Shown here one piece after another: positions 27,571-37,327 of a stretch of 64,000 nt of DNA. Numbering within the stretch: the first letter of the stretch is position 1; each line of letters starts with the position of its first letter. The stretch is from Vulcanimicrobiota bacterium (lineage in GTDB: Bacteria > Vulcanimicrobiota > Vulcanimicrobiia > Vulcanimicrobiales > Vulcanimicrobiaceae): NCBI GenBank assembly GCA_963777315.1, contig CAVZQC010000002.1, positions 768,001 through 832,000 on the forward strand, in the 5' to 3' direction. Position numbers and translations under genes: made by a program. Below the pieces are notes generated by a model. It saw only the letters and a program-made list of their open reading frames with translations, was not told the DNA's origin and searched no databases.

Positions 27571-28542
27571 ATGAAAGCCGTACGCCTGCACGAAATCGGG
27601 GGCCCCCAGAACCTACGCGTGGAGCAGGTCGAGCGGCCGCAGGCCCAAGCAGGCGAAACGCTGGTGCGCGTCCATGCCGCGTCGCTCAACCGCCGCGACG
27701 TTTTCATCACGCAAGGGCTCTACCCCAACATCCAGCTCCCGCGCATTCTCGGAGCGGACGCCGCCGGCGAGGCGAACGGCAAACCCGTCGTCGTCGATCC
27801 GACCATCGGCTGGGGCGGCGACGAGCGCGTTTGGGAGGGCGGCGCCACGATTTTGGGAATGCCGCGGGACGGTACGTTTGCCCAGTTCGTCGCCGTGCCC
27901 AGCGGCAACGTTCACGCCAAGCCGGCGCATCTTTCCGACGAACAAGCTGCAGTGCTCCCGCTTGCGGGAGTAACCGCATTTCGGGCCCTCTTCACGCGCG
28001 GCCGACTGCGCGCCGGCGAAACGGTGCTGGTAACGGGCATCGGCGGCGGCGTTCAGACGTTCGTGCTGCTGTACGCGAAGGCGGCGGGCGCACGCGTGGC
28101 GGTCACGTCCAGTTCCGTGGAAAAACTCGAACGCGCGAAAGCGCTTGGCGCCGATGCCGCCATCGATTACGCCGCCGATCCGCAGTGGCACAAAACCGCG
28201 CGCAAGCTGCTGGGTTCGATCGACATGGTGGTCGATTCGGCCGGCGGCGAAACTTTTGCCAAAGCGCTGACCATAGTGCGGCCGGGGGGGCGCGTGGTGA
28301 CGTACGGCGGTACGGCGGGCGATGCGAACGTGAAGATGTTTCCGGTATTTTGGAATCAGCTCGACGTTCGCGGAACCTCGATGGGCAGCCCGGCGGATTT
28401 CCGCGCGATGCTCGAGTTCGTGAACGAGCACCGCATCGTGCCGGCGATCGATTGCGTCTTTGCTATGGACGACGCGATCGCGGCGGCGCAGCGCATGAGC
28501 GAAGGCGATCAGTTCGGCAAAATCGTGCTGCGGGTGGACTAA
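27571..28542 (+). CDS. MDR-family NAD(P)H:quinone oxidoreductase / zinc-binding dehydrogenase
   Basis: MKAVRLHEIGGP, LNRRD, GIGGGV, GTSMGS, QFGKIVL. Confidence 0.9.
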   Translation: MKAVRLHEIGGPQNLRVEQVERPQAQAGETLVRVHAASLNRRDVFITQGLYPNIQLPRILGADAAGEANGKPVVVDPTIGWGGDERVWEGGATILGMPRDGTFAQFVAVPSGNVHAKPAHLSDEQAAVLPLAGVTAFRALFTRGRLRAGETVLVTGIGGGVQTFVLLYAKAAGARVAVTSSSVEKLERAKALGADAAIDYAADPQWHKTARKLLGSIDMVVDSAGGETFAKALTIVRPGGRVVTYGGTAGDANVKMFPVFWNQLDVRGTSMGSPADFRAMLEFVNEHRIVPAIDCVFAMDDAIAAAQRMSEGDQFGKIVLRVD

Positions 28543-28576
28543 GTCTGGACGCTCTCGGGCGCGCGGGCAACGTTTA

Positions 28577-29965
28577 TCATGCCACCCACACCGTCTGCAC
28601 GTTCGTGAATTCCCGAAGGCCGAACTGCGCAAGCTCGCGGCCGTAACCGCTCTTCTTCACGCCGCCGAAGGGGAGACGCGGGTCGGATGCAGTCATGCCG
28701 TTCACGAACACCAGCCCCGACTGCAGCCGCGCGGCGATGCGCTCGCCGCGCTCGGCGTCGGCCGTCCAGACGTTGTTGCCCAAGCCGAAGCGGGAGGCGT
28801 TGGCAAGCGCAACGGCTTCGTCGGCATCGCGCGCCTTTGCGATAGCGGCTGCCGGGCCGAACGTTTCCTCTTCAAACACCGGCATCTCCGCGCTTACGTC
28901 CGCCAGAATCGTCGGTTCGTAAAAGGCTCCGCGCGAGCCGGTGCGGCGGCCGCCGGCGAGGACGTTCGCGCCCAATGCGCGCGACGCGTCGATTTGCCGC
29001 TCGAGTTCGTCTACCAGATCGGCGCGCGCGAGCGGCCCCATCGTGACGCTGCGATCCGTCGGATCGCCGACCTTGATCCCGCGCACGTTCTCCGCAAACG
29101 CATCGCAAAACGAATCGTAAACCGGATCTTCGACGATAAACCGCTTCGCGGCGATGCAGCTCTGCCCGCAATTTTGAAAGCGGGCGCGCACCGCGGTTTT
29201 GGCCGCGGTTTGCACGTCCGCATCGGCCAGCACGATGTACGCATCGGATCCGCCCAGTTCCAGCACGCTTTTCTTGAGATAGGCGCCTGCAGCGGCGGCT
29301 ACCGCGGATCCCGCGGGTTCGCTGCCCGTGAGCGTCACCGCGGCGATGCGGGGATCGGCCAGCACGCTCTCCACCTGCGCTGCGCGAATGACGAGCGCGC
29401 CGAAGGCGCCCTCCGGGAAACCGCTCTCGCGAAACGCCGCTTCGAGCGCTTGACCGCAGCCCGTCACATTGGCGGCGTGCTTGAGAACGGCGACGTTGCC
29501 CGCAGCAAGCGCGGGAGCGGCAAAACGCACCACTTGAAAAAACGGGAAGTTCCACGGCATGACGGCAAGGATGGCGCCCAGCGGACGGTACGCGGCGTAG
29601 CTGCGCGTGGCATTCGTTTTAACGTACTCCGGCGCAAGCTGCGCGGGTGCACGCTCGGCATAATAGTCGCAGGCCCACGCGCATTTCTCGATTTCCGCCT
29701 CCGCCTCGCCCAGCGTCTTGCCCATCTCTTCCGTGACGAGCGCGGCAAGGCGCTCTTTCTCGGCGCGGAAATGTGCAGCGAGGTCTCGCAGTTTCTGCAG
29801 CCGCGCGCAGAGGTCGAATGCGCTCCACGCATGAAACGCGGCGTCCGCCGCCGCCAACCGCCGCTCGATCTCCTCCGGCTCGTGCAGTGCGTGCTGCGCG
29901 ATCGGCATGCCGGTGGCCGGATTCACCGTCGTTATCGCATCGCGTGAGGAAACCGTTGCGCTCAT
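28577..29965 (-). CDS. NAD(P)-dependent aldehyde dehydrogenase (succinate-semialdehyde dehydrogenase Sad/GabD1-like)
   Basis: MPWNFP, LTGS, LELGGSD, NCGQSCIA, EETFGP, PFGGVKKSGYGRE. ATGA-coupled to the upstream beta-propeller gene. Confidence 0.92.
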   Translation of the reverse strand: MSATVSSRDAITTVNPATGMPIAQHALHEPEEIERRLAAADAAFHAWSAFDLCARLQKLRDLAAHFRAEKERLAALVTEEMGKTLGEAEAEIEKCAWACDYYAERAPAQLAPEYVKTNATRSYAAYRPLGAILAVMPWNFPFFQVVRFAAPALAAGNVAVLKHAANVTGCGQALEAAFRESGFPEGAFGALVIRAAQVESVLADPRIAAVTLTGSEPAGSAVAAAAGAYLKKSVLELGGSDAYIVLADADVQTAAKTAVRARFQNCGQSCIAAKRFIVEDPVYDSFCDAFAENVRGIKVGDPTDRSVTMGPLARADLVDELERQIDASRALGANVLAGGRRTGSRGAFYEPTILADVSAEMPVFEEETFGPAAAIAKARDADEAVALANASRFGLGNNVWTADAERGERIAARLQSGLVFVNGMTASDPRLPFGGVKKSGYGRELAQFGLREFTNVQTVWVA

Positions 29966-30879
29966 TTCAATTCAAACTCCTGGACGGCATCTTCGTCCGG
30001 CGCAGACCACACGACCCAGATGCGCCCGGTTTTCATATCGTACGCGAGCGTGTGCGCATCGCCGGCGGAGCGTGGGATGAGCGTGCTGCCGAGTTTTTTT
30101 AGCACGCCGTTCTTGCCGATTGCGAGCACGTCGACCTCGCCGCCGCCCGCACAGGCGATCTGCTGCCTTAGCGGATCGAGATTGCACTGGTCGACTTTCG
30201 GCGTTATCGGCGCCGTAGAGATCAGCCGGCCTCCGGGCGTATAGACCGCTAATACGCCGTTCTTGCCGCCGGCGACGATCGTGCGGTTTGCTGCATCAAA
30301 CTGGAGAGGGTGGTTATTCTTCAGTTGCGGCGTCGGTATCGTGCGTACGACTTTGAGCGAACGCGGATCGATGACGGCGATCTCCGAGCGATCGGCGATG
30401 TTCTGATAGAGCCGGTGCGTCTGCGGATCGATGGCCAAGTATTCCGGCTTGTGTCCGGGAAGTTTCACGACGGCGATTTGCTTCATGCTGCGCGCGTCGA
30501 TGACGAAGATTCGCGTGCCGTCGTCTTCATCCGCATAGATGCGGTGCAGTGAGCGATCGTAAGCGATCGCGTCCACGTTGCCCGCGACGTCGACGGTACG
30601 AATCACGCTCTGCGAGCGGGGATCGATTTCCGAAACGGTGCGCGCGAGTCCGTCGCCGGTATAGACATGGCCCGAATCAGGATCGACTGCAACGCCGTGC
30701 ACCGGTGCGCTCACGTCGACCTGACCCAAAATTTTGCGCTTGTCCGCATCCACGATCAGCAATGCGTCGCTCCCGGTGTGCGCGGCGTAGACGCGGCGGC
30801 GAGGAGAATCAACTGCGACGTAATCGAATCCGCTGAGGATAGGAACTTGCTGCGGGGGGGCTGCAGGAAGTATGGGCAT
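29962..30879 (-). CDS. YncE/YVTN-like beta-propeller protein
   Basis: Repeated [VI]A[VIY]DP..r[VIL]Y.....[IV].VID units; GAGGT SD. Confidence 0.8.
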   Translation of the reverse strand: MPILPAAPPQQVPILSGFDYVAVDSPRRRVYAAHTGSDALLIVDADKRKILGQVDVSAPVHGVAVDPDSGHVYTGDGLARTVSEIDPRSQSVIRTVDVAGNVDAIAYDRSLHRIYADEDDGTRIFVIDARSMKQIAVVKLPGHKPEYLAIDPQTHRLYQNIADRSEIAVIDPRSLKVVRTIPTPQLKNNHPLQFDAANRTIVAGGKNGVLAVYTPGGRLISTAPITPKVDQCNLDPLRQQIACAGGGEVDVLAIGKNGVLKKLGSTLIPRSAGDAHTLAYDMKTGRIWVVWSAPDEDAVQEFELK

Positions 30880-30909
30880 GCCGATTTACCTCATGACGAC
30901 GCTGGAAGT

Positions 30910-32607
30910 TTATGGAATGTACTGTTTAGGAAGACCGGCAAAGCCGGGCGGCGGAGCGTTTTTGCCGGGAATGCGGACGGGATGCAGGTGCAGGCTGCTG
31001 CAGTCCATTTTGGCGGGAAACGTGTTGACGATGCGGTCGGCAATGATCGCTGCAGATGACGCGATCGGCGCGCGCGTTCCGCGTAGACGCTGCGCATCAA
31101 ATGCGCCGCCGAGATCCGTAAGACGGGCATTGGCATCGCGCGGCCCCTCCGGCATGTACGGTTTTTCGTCCGGAAGCGAAGCCAGGGGCGGGAGATTGAA
31201 GAGCATGTCGATGAACTTTACGACCGAACCCGTATCACCCAAGTCGTGCACGACGGCGCCCGATTTAGCGTACGGCGAGATCACGATGAACGGTATGCGC
31301 GGTCCGTCCCCGCACGGATGCCCGTCCCAGCAGCGCTCGAAGCTCGGCGGCGGCGCGTGATCGTAGAATCCGCCTTCGTCGTCCCACGTGACGATGATCG
31401 CCGAGTCTTTCCAGTAGCGGCTGCGCGCGACGGCGTTCACGAACGTGGCAACGAATGATTCGGCAACCTGACGGTCGGAGTCGCCTTCACCCGGATGATC
31501 GTCGTCGCCCTGGAACTGCTTCTGAATGAACGGCGATCGATTCGCCGGACGCCAGCCGAAGCGGTTTTGATTGCTGCCCTTCACGTAAAACGCGCCGCGA
31601 TTCGGAAGCGTGCCTGCACGCACTGCGGCAAGCAAATATTTGGGCGTGGCGACGTGATTCCAAAACACGCCGTTGCGCCGCAGGTACGCGAAGTACTGCA
31701 GAGCGTTGTGGTGCGCCGAATATCCGGAAAGCGCAGGACGGTACGGACCGTTATAGCCTTCCTGAAACCAGCCCCAGGGAACCGGAGCTTTGCCGCTCTT
31801 CGCCATCGCTTGCAGATCCGCACGTACGCCTTGCGTTTCTTGCGTGGCCTCACGATCCCGTTTACCGTTCAGCGTGAGCATCACCGTTGCATAACGCTGC
31901 ACGATCTGACGTTTCTCCTTCGGCTTTTCGCCATACGGCCCGAACGGCGGATCCATGCTGTTTTCAACCGGGACGCCGGCACCGGAACCCGTATTGCTCA
32001 CCACTTCGGACGGATTGCGCGCGGCCTGCGTTTGCCCGGTCTGCGCCGCGATGATCTCGATGTTGCCCGGTGTCGACGGGCCGGTCATGCCTTGAAAGAA
32101 ATGATCGTACAGCACGAAGTCGCGCGCGTACTTCCACAGAAATGGAATCGTGTCGCAATCGTAGTAACTCATCGTGAGCTGGCCGAGCCGCGCCTGATCC
32201 GCTGCGCCGTAGCCGTCCTTGGCGGAAGACCGCTCTTGAACCGCGATAAAGCCATCCATCTTGCCGTCGTTCATTTTACCGAGCAGGGCTGCGCGCGAAT
32301 GATCCGGGCTCTCGACGTCCGGGTCGGTAATTCTGAACGGCGTGATCCACGCTTTCGCGATGGGATCGTACTGGCGGAATCCATGCAGACCCGCCGACAC
32401 GCTCGCCAAATTGTCGGCGCGCGGATAGGTGCCGAAATAGTGATCGAACGATTCGTTTTCTTGATAGATGACGAAGACGTGTTTGATATGCCCGCGCAGC
32501 AGCGCCTCGACGGATAGGGACTTTGCCGGAGCGAAAGGTCCGCTCGCTAGCGACAGCCCCAAGAGCGCGAGCGCCAGCACACCCGCAGCTGCTCTTCGCA
32601 GCATCAC
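30910..32607 (-). CDS. Secreted phosphoesterase (phospholipase C/acid phosphatase AcpA-PlcH superfamily)
   Basis: Signal peptide; HVFVIYQENESFDHYFG, GPSTPG, DDHPG, TWDDEGGFYDH and GPRIPFIVISPYAK motifs. Confidence 0.9.
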   Translation of the reverse strand: MMLRRAAAGVLALALLGLSLASGPFAPAKSLSVEALLRGHIKHVFVIYQENESFDHYFGTYPRADNLASVSAGLHGFRQYDPIAKAWITPFRITDPDVESPDHSRAALLGKMNDGKMDGFIAVQERSSAKDGYGAADQARLGQLTMSYYDCDTIPFLWKYARDFVLYDHFFQGMTGPSTPGNIEIIAAQTGQTQAARNPSEVVSNTGSGAGVPVENSMDPPFGPYGEKPKEKRQIVQRYATVMLTLNGKRDREATQETQGVRADLQAMAKSGKAPVPWGWFQEGYNGPYRPALSGYSAHHNALQYFAYLRRNGVFWNHVATPKYLLAAVRAGTLPNRGAFYVKGSNQNRFGWRPANRSPFIQKQFQGDDDHPGEGDSDRQVAESFVATFVNAVARSRYWKDSAIIVTWDDEGGFYDHAPPPSFERCWDGHPCGDGPRIPFIVISPYAKSGAVVHDLGDTGSVVKFIDMLFNLPPLASLPDEKPYMPEGPRDANARLTDLGGAFDAQRLRGTRAPIASSAAIIADRIVNTFPAKMDCSSLHLHPVRIPGKNAPPPGFAGLPKQYIP

Positions 32608-35312
32608 GGAGTTCGGCTTCCCGTGCCGCCCAAACGCTGCGTCAGCGTAAACGTAAAGGATCTCGGGCCGATGCCGAAGCGCTCCGTGCCTTGCTGGAGC
32701 GCGTTCGCGTCAGTGCCGAACTGGTTCTCCGCCTGGTAAAGACCCAAGCCGACGCGCCCGTAGTTGTCCGTGGCTTCGTTGAACAGATTCGAGATGCCCA
32801 GGTTGATCGACGTTTCGTTGCTGAGGCGCTGGTTGAAGAACGCGTCGGCTTCGCCGAACGCCGGACGGTTGTAAGCGTTGTAGTTGTCGTAATGCGTATA
32901 GTCGATGTACACTTCGCCGCCGTGCGTATTCGTCAGGTCCATCGTAATCCCGTACGTGTGCAGCGGAATATTCGGAATCTGCGCGCCGTTGATCAGCGTC
33001 GGGTTGTTTTGGAGCAGCGTGTCCGACATGTCGAAGACGACCACGGACTGCACGTTGTAGAACGCGTCAAAGGCGAGCTGCGGCGTCACGCGGAGTCTTC
33101 CGCTCAGTTCGTAGCCGCGCGCACGCGACGTGGCCAAGTTCAGGTTGGTCGCCACCGTCAGGTTCGCAATCGTCGCCGGCGGATTTGGGGGCGAAAGGTT
33201 CGGACAGATCGACGATATGTGCTTATAGACGCCGGTAAGATACGACGGCCCGTAGAGTTGGTTGATGATGGGCACGTACGGCGCGGCCGGCAGATCGGCT
33301 TCGAAAATGGTGTTCGTTTCATTCGTATCATATGCCGTGAATTGCAGGCTGTCGTCGGTGCCGAACCGATGGGCGACCGAAGCCTCGATATCTTTGGCTT
33401 TTTCCGGAAGCTCGCCCGGGGTGGGCAGCGAGCCGAGTCCGAAAAGTTGACAGTTGCCGGGATTGATGCCGCCCGCGCCGGTTAATTCGAACGCGATCGG
33501 TGCCGGATCTGCCGATGAAGCGCCGCCCGTCAAGCGAACCACGTCGCGTGAGGTCGGCCGGTAAACGATCGAAAGTCGTGGATCGAAGGAGTTGCCGCCG
33601 AGCAGCGAGTGCTTGTACCAGGCGTTCATAAAATACGACACGCGCTCGGACGGCGTAAACGCATCGCGAATAAAGAAGCTGTCCAGCTTCGAGTACAGCG
33701 AGGCAGTCGGAATAAAGCCCGTAGAGCCGCTGATTTGATCGCCGTTGGTGTACTGGCGCTGCGCGTAAAGACCGAAACCGAGGTCGTTCTTCGCTCCCGC
33801 GATATCGTCGCTGATCAGCGTTCCATACGTGCGGAACATGCGCGTCAGCACGGAGAGATCGCCGTTGATGTTGGAGGCCGGACGCACGCGGTCTTGGCCG
33901 TAATTGTCCACGAACGAGTCGACGACGATTTGATTCTTGCCCAGCGTGGTGAGCAAACGCGCGTGGTAGTCCTGATTGCGAAGGGCTTGGAACGGTCCCT
34001 GGCCGCCGCCTGAAGGGCCGCTCGCACCTTGCGCATACTGCTGCGGAGTGACGCACTGTGCGCCGGCGTCCGTGGTTACGGTGATGCCGTTCGGTGCCGC
34101 GCCGCTTCCGATCGTGCAGTCCGGACTGCTGCTCGCCTGATACAGCGCGTAATCGTAAGAAATGAAGTCGTTGTCGCCGTTGCCGGTCTTGTCATCCCAC
34201 GAGGTCGCGGAATAGCCGGTGAGCATCAGCGAAGTTTTCGGGGAAAACGACCAGACTAACTTTGCTAAATCGTTGCGCAGAATGACGTCGCCCGTCACAC
34301 GATACGTATCGGCGGCGAGCGTTGCGGACGTCCAATCGTTACCACGCGCGCCCGTTTGCGCGATGAACTGCGGCTCGAACAGGCCGAATGTTCCGTTCAC
34401 GCCGTGAACGAGCGCATAACCGAGTTTACCGACAGTGCCCGTCGCCTGCACGCCCAAGAGCTGCGTGCCTTCATCTCCCGCTCCCCAACGCAGAACGGCC
34501 TCCGGCCGCTTCGTCGGATCGATCGTCTGAAAATCGATCGCTCCGCCCACTGCGTCGACGCCGTATAATCCGGAGGCTCCGGAACCGTACGTCACTTGTA
34601 CGCTTTTAAGGGCGAACGCGGGCGAATCGGCGAGATCGTAACCTCCCGTGCCGCCGCCGATATCCCAGCCGGGATAAACGCCCGTCGGGCCGATGGGATG
34701 CCCGTCCAAGAGAATTTGCGTTTCGCTCGGTTTGAGGCCGCGGATGTCGATGCCGATGTCGTCGCCGCGTGAAGAATCGGCGTCTGCCCGGTTCACGCCG
34801 GGCAACTTGCCCAAGCTCTCCGCCACGCGCAATTGATTGGTCTGCTGCACGACGTTGATGTCGACGTTGCTTTGGATTGTCGTCGTGGTCTGCAGCGCTC
34901 CTGCACCGCCGACGCGCACGCTCGCGATCGTGCGTAAACCGCCGGCTGAGCTCGAGCGCACCAATGCCACGTTCACGGTTGCCGGACCGGTGAGCACGAT
35001 GTCTTGCGAAGTTCCGCTCTGGTAACCGGCGGCCTGAACGAGAATCGAGTAGATGCCTTGCGGAACAGCGCTAAACGTGAAGGCTCCGTACCCGTTTGCG
35101 ATCGTCGTCGCGATCGTTTTCCCGGCTTGCTGCAGTTGCAGCCGTGCGCCGGCGACCGGAAGACCGCCGTTCTGATCGACGATGACGCCGCTGATGCTTG
35201 CGGTAGGCGGCGCGTGCGGCTGCCCCGGGGTTTGCGCAGCTGCGGGCCGTCCCGCGAAAAAAGCGCAGGATAAAATCGATATGATTAACCCTAACGTTCG
35301 TAATCGGATCAT
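32604..35312 (-). CDS. TonB-dependent receptor with N-terminal carboxypeptidase-regulatory-like domain
   Basis: Signal peptide, ISGVIVD..G.PVAGA, plug (LPGV, IRG, LLDGHP, G..AVGGAIDF), barrel ending in NLFN...GPRSFTFTL. AAGGAGG SD. Confidence 0.88.
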   Translation of the reverse strand: MIRLRTLGLIISILSCAFFAGRPAAAQTPGQPHAPPTASISGVIVDQNGGLPVAGARLQLQQAGKTIATTIANGYGAFTFSAVPQGIYSILVQAAGYQSGTSQDIVLTGPATVNVALVRSSSAGGLRTIASVRVGGAGALQTTTTIQSNVDINVVQQTNQLRVAESLGKLPGVNRADADSSRGDDIGIDIRGLKPSETQILLDGHPIGPTGVYPGWDIGGGTGGYDLADSPAFALKSVQVTYGSGASGLYGVDAVGGAIDFQTIDPTKRPEAVLRWGAGDEGTQLLGVQATGTVGKLGYALVHGVNGTFGLFEPQFIAQTGARGNDWTSATLAADTYRVTGDVILRNDLAKLVWSFSPKTSLMLTGYSATSWDDKTGNGDNDFISYDYALYQASSSPDCTIGSGAAPNGITVTTDAGAQCVTPQQYAQGASGPSGGGQGPFQALRNQDYHARLLTTLGKNQIVVDSFVDNYGQDRVRPASNINGDLSVLTRMFRTYGTLISDDIAGAKNDLGFGLYAQRQYTNGDQISGSTGFIPTASLYSKLDSFFIRDAFTPSERVSYFMNAWYKHSLLGGNSFDPRLSIVYRPTSRDVVRLTGGASSADPAPIAFELTGAGGINPGNCQLFGLGSLPTPGELPEKAKDIEASVAHRFGTDDSLQFTAYDTNETNTIFEADLPAAPYVPIINQLYGPSYLTGVYKHISSICPNLSPPNPPATIANLTVATNLNLATSRARGYELSGRLRVTPQLAFDAFYNVQSVVVFDMSDTLLQNNPTLINGAQIPNIPLHTYGITMDLTNTHGGEVYIDYTHYDNYNAYNRPAFGEADAFFNQRLSNETSINLGISNLFNEATDNYGRVGLGLYQAENQFGTDANALQQGTERFGIGPRSFTFTLTQRLGGTGSRTP

Positions 35313-35415
35313 TTGCGGTTCCTCCTTACGCGCTCCCTCAGTCACCGGGTCGACGCCGCAGAGAGAGCATCCAGCCTCCGCTCTGCGAGCAGCCTAGATT
35401 ACTTCAACCATTTTG

Positions 35416-35512
35416 TTGCATAGTTGTCAATATAGTTGCATTTCCTCACGAGGGAAGGCCCGGGAGTCGGGTAATCGGGCGTTATTGGTTGATCATACTG
35501 CAATAATGTTGG
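35416..35512. promoter_or_regulatory. Two copies of a 10-bp-periodic TGCA/TCAA motif (putative IclR operator) upstream of the TonB receptor
   Basis: ttgca-tagttg-tcaa-tatagt-tgca (35416-35440) and ttga-tcatac-tgca-ataatg-ttgg (35489-35512) match the sites at 38337 and 38401. Confidence 0.65.
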
Positions 35513-35513
35513 G

Positions 35514-36290
35514 CTATCGCGCTGAAGTGAGCCGGCCCATCTCGTGCTGAAGGGCCTGCAGCTCAGCGCCGCCCGCCATATGGCGGACCAGGTCTTCCAG
35601 CGTAAGCTCCGAGCGCCGCGCGTCCAGCTCGATGCGGCCCAAATTCAGCACCGCGAAACGATCGCCGACCAGATAGGCGTGATGCGGGTTATGACTGATG
35701 AAAATGACCGCTAGGCCCGCGTCGCGAGCTGCGGCAATGTACTTGAGCACGACGCCGGACTGTTTGACGCCGAGCGCGGCTGTCGGCTCATCCAATATGA
35801 GCACGCGCGCGCCGAAATGAATGGCGCGCGCAATTGCGACGACTTGCATTTCGCCGCCCGACAGTTTGCCGACAGGCGCGTCGAGATCGGGCAGTTCGAT
35901 GCCCATTTTGGCGAGTTCCTCATCGGCGGTGCGGCGCATCGTCGCAACATCGAGCCGCCGGAACGGCCAAACGCCGGTGACGATCTCCGAACCGAGAAAA
36001 AAATTGCGCCACACCGGCATGAGCGGTATCAGCGCCAAGTCTTGATACACGGTAGCGATTCCGGCATCCAATGCTTGCCGCGGCGAAGAAAAGCGGACTT
36101 CGTTCCCGTGCACGCGTAAGACTCCCGAGTCGTGCGGGTGCAGCCCTGCAATAATTTTGATCAGCGTTGATTTGCCGGCGCCGTTGTCGCCGAGGATGCA
36201 CGTGACTTCGCCGGCGCGCACGGCCAGGTTGATGTCGCTGAGCGCGCGGATGTTGCCGTATTGCTTGCCGACGTTGCACAGCTCGATCAT
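35514..36290 (-). CDS. Sugar (inositol-type) ABC transporter ATP-binding protein
   Basis: [33 protein letters not shown]. Confidence 0.92.
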   Translation of the reverse strand: MIELCNVGKQYGNIRALSDINLAVRAGEVTCILGDNGAGKSTLIKIIAGLHPHDSGVLRVHGNEVRFSSPRQALDAGIATVYQDLALIPLMPVWRNFFLGSEIVTGVWPFRRLDVATMRRTADEELAKMGIELPDLDAPVGKLSGGEMQVVAIARAIHFGARVLILDEPTAALGVKQSGVVLKYIAAARDAGLAVIFISHNPHHAYLVGDRFAVLNLGRIELDARRSELTLEDLVRHMAGGAELQALQHEMGRLTSAR

Positions 36291-37327
36291 TTCTTCTCAA
36301 CCTGCGAGCGGACGAACATGTTGACCAGCGTCGCCAGAAGAAGCATCGCGCCGAGGAAAAACTTGAACCAGTCCGGGTTCCACCCCGCATACACCACGCC
36401 TTGACTCACTACGCCGAAGATCAGCGCCCCGATCGCGGCGCCGATCACGGATCCGTATCCGCCCGTCAACAAACAGCCGCCGACTACTGCGGCAACGATG
36501 TACTCGAGTTCAAGGCCGACGCCGCCTCCGGACTGCACCGTGTTGTATGCGAACAACTGATGCATGCCGGCGATCCACGCGCACAGGCCCACCGTCATAA
36601 ACAACGCGATCTTCGTACGCTTGACCGGAACGCCGACGGCGCGCGCACTGGCAGCGTTACCGCCGGCCGCGAAGATCCAATTGCCCGCCGGCGTTCGCAA
36701 GAGCACCCACGTGCCGGCCGCAACGAGCGCAAGCCACCAAAGGATGCTGACGTTCACGTCAGTGCCGTTCACATTCATCGTCGTGGCGAAAATCGCGTGG
36801 GCCGAACCGAAGCCGGCCATGTTCGAGATGTCGTTGGTTGCGACGTTGTTCGTCACCAGCCGCGTGATCGCCAAGTTGATGCCTTGAAGCATGAGGAACG
36901 TGCCGAGCGTGACGAGGAAACTCGGCACTCCGGTTCGCACGAGCACCCATCCGTTGAACGCGCCGATGCTCAATGAAAGCGCAAGAGCGACGACGACGCC
37001 GACCCATACGTTCGTGCCCATTTGGTAGTCGAACATCGAAGCCGTCAGCGCGGACGAAATCACGGCCACGCCCGCCGAAAGATCGAATTCGCCGCCGATC
37101 ATCAGCAGCGCCACGCCCACGGCCATGATGCCCAGCGTGGAACTCTGATAGAGCACCGTACTAATGGAGCCGGGATGCCGGATCGACGGCGCCATCACCG
37201 AAAAGAACACGATGACGATGACGGCGCCCATCAGCGAGCCGACTTCCGGCCGCATCAAAAATATCCGCAGCGGCGATCGCCGCGTCATCCGTTTGCCGGC
37301 GGGTGCAAGCGCCGACGTGGAACTCAT
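36287..37327 (-). CDS. Sugar (inositol-type) ABC transporter permease
   Basis: [48 protein letters not shown]. Confidence 0.92.
   Translation of the reverse strand: MSSTSALAPAGKRMTRRSPLRIFLMRPEVGSLMGAVIVIVFFSVMAPSIRHPGSISTVLYQSSTLGIMAVGVALLMIGGEFDLSAGVAVISSALTASMFDYQMGTNVWVGVVVALALSLSIGAFNGWVLVRTGVPSFLVTLGTFLMLQGINLAITRLVTNNVATNDISNMAGFGSAHAIFATTMNVNGTDVNVSILWWLALVAAGTWVLLRTPAGNWIFAAGGNAASARAVGVPVKRTKIALFMTVGLCAWIAGMHQLFAYNTVQSGGGVGLELEYIVAAVVGGCLLTGGYGSVIGAAIGALIFGVVSQGVVYAGWNPDWFKFFLGAMLLLATLVNMFVRSQVEKK

Noticed and set aside
29962..30879. Calling the beta-propeller a beta-propeller phytase
   Set aside because: The repeats look YncE/YVTN-like, and I cannot identify the Ca-binding phytase motifs or a clear signal peptide.
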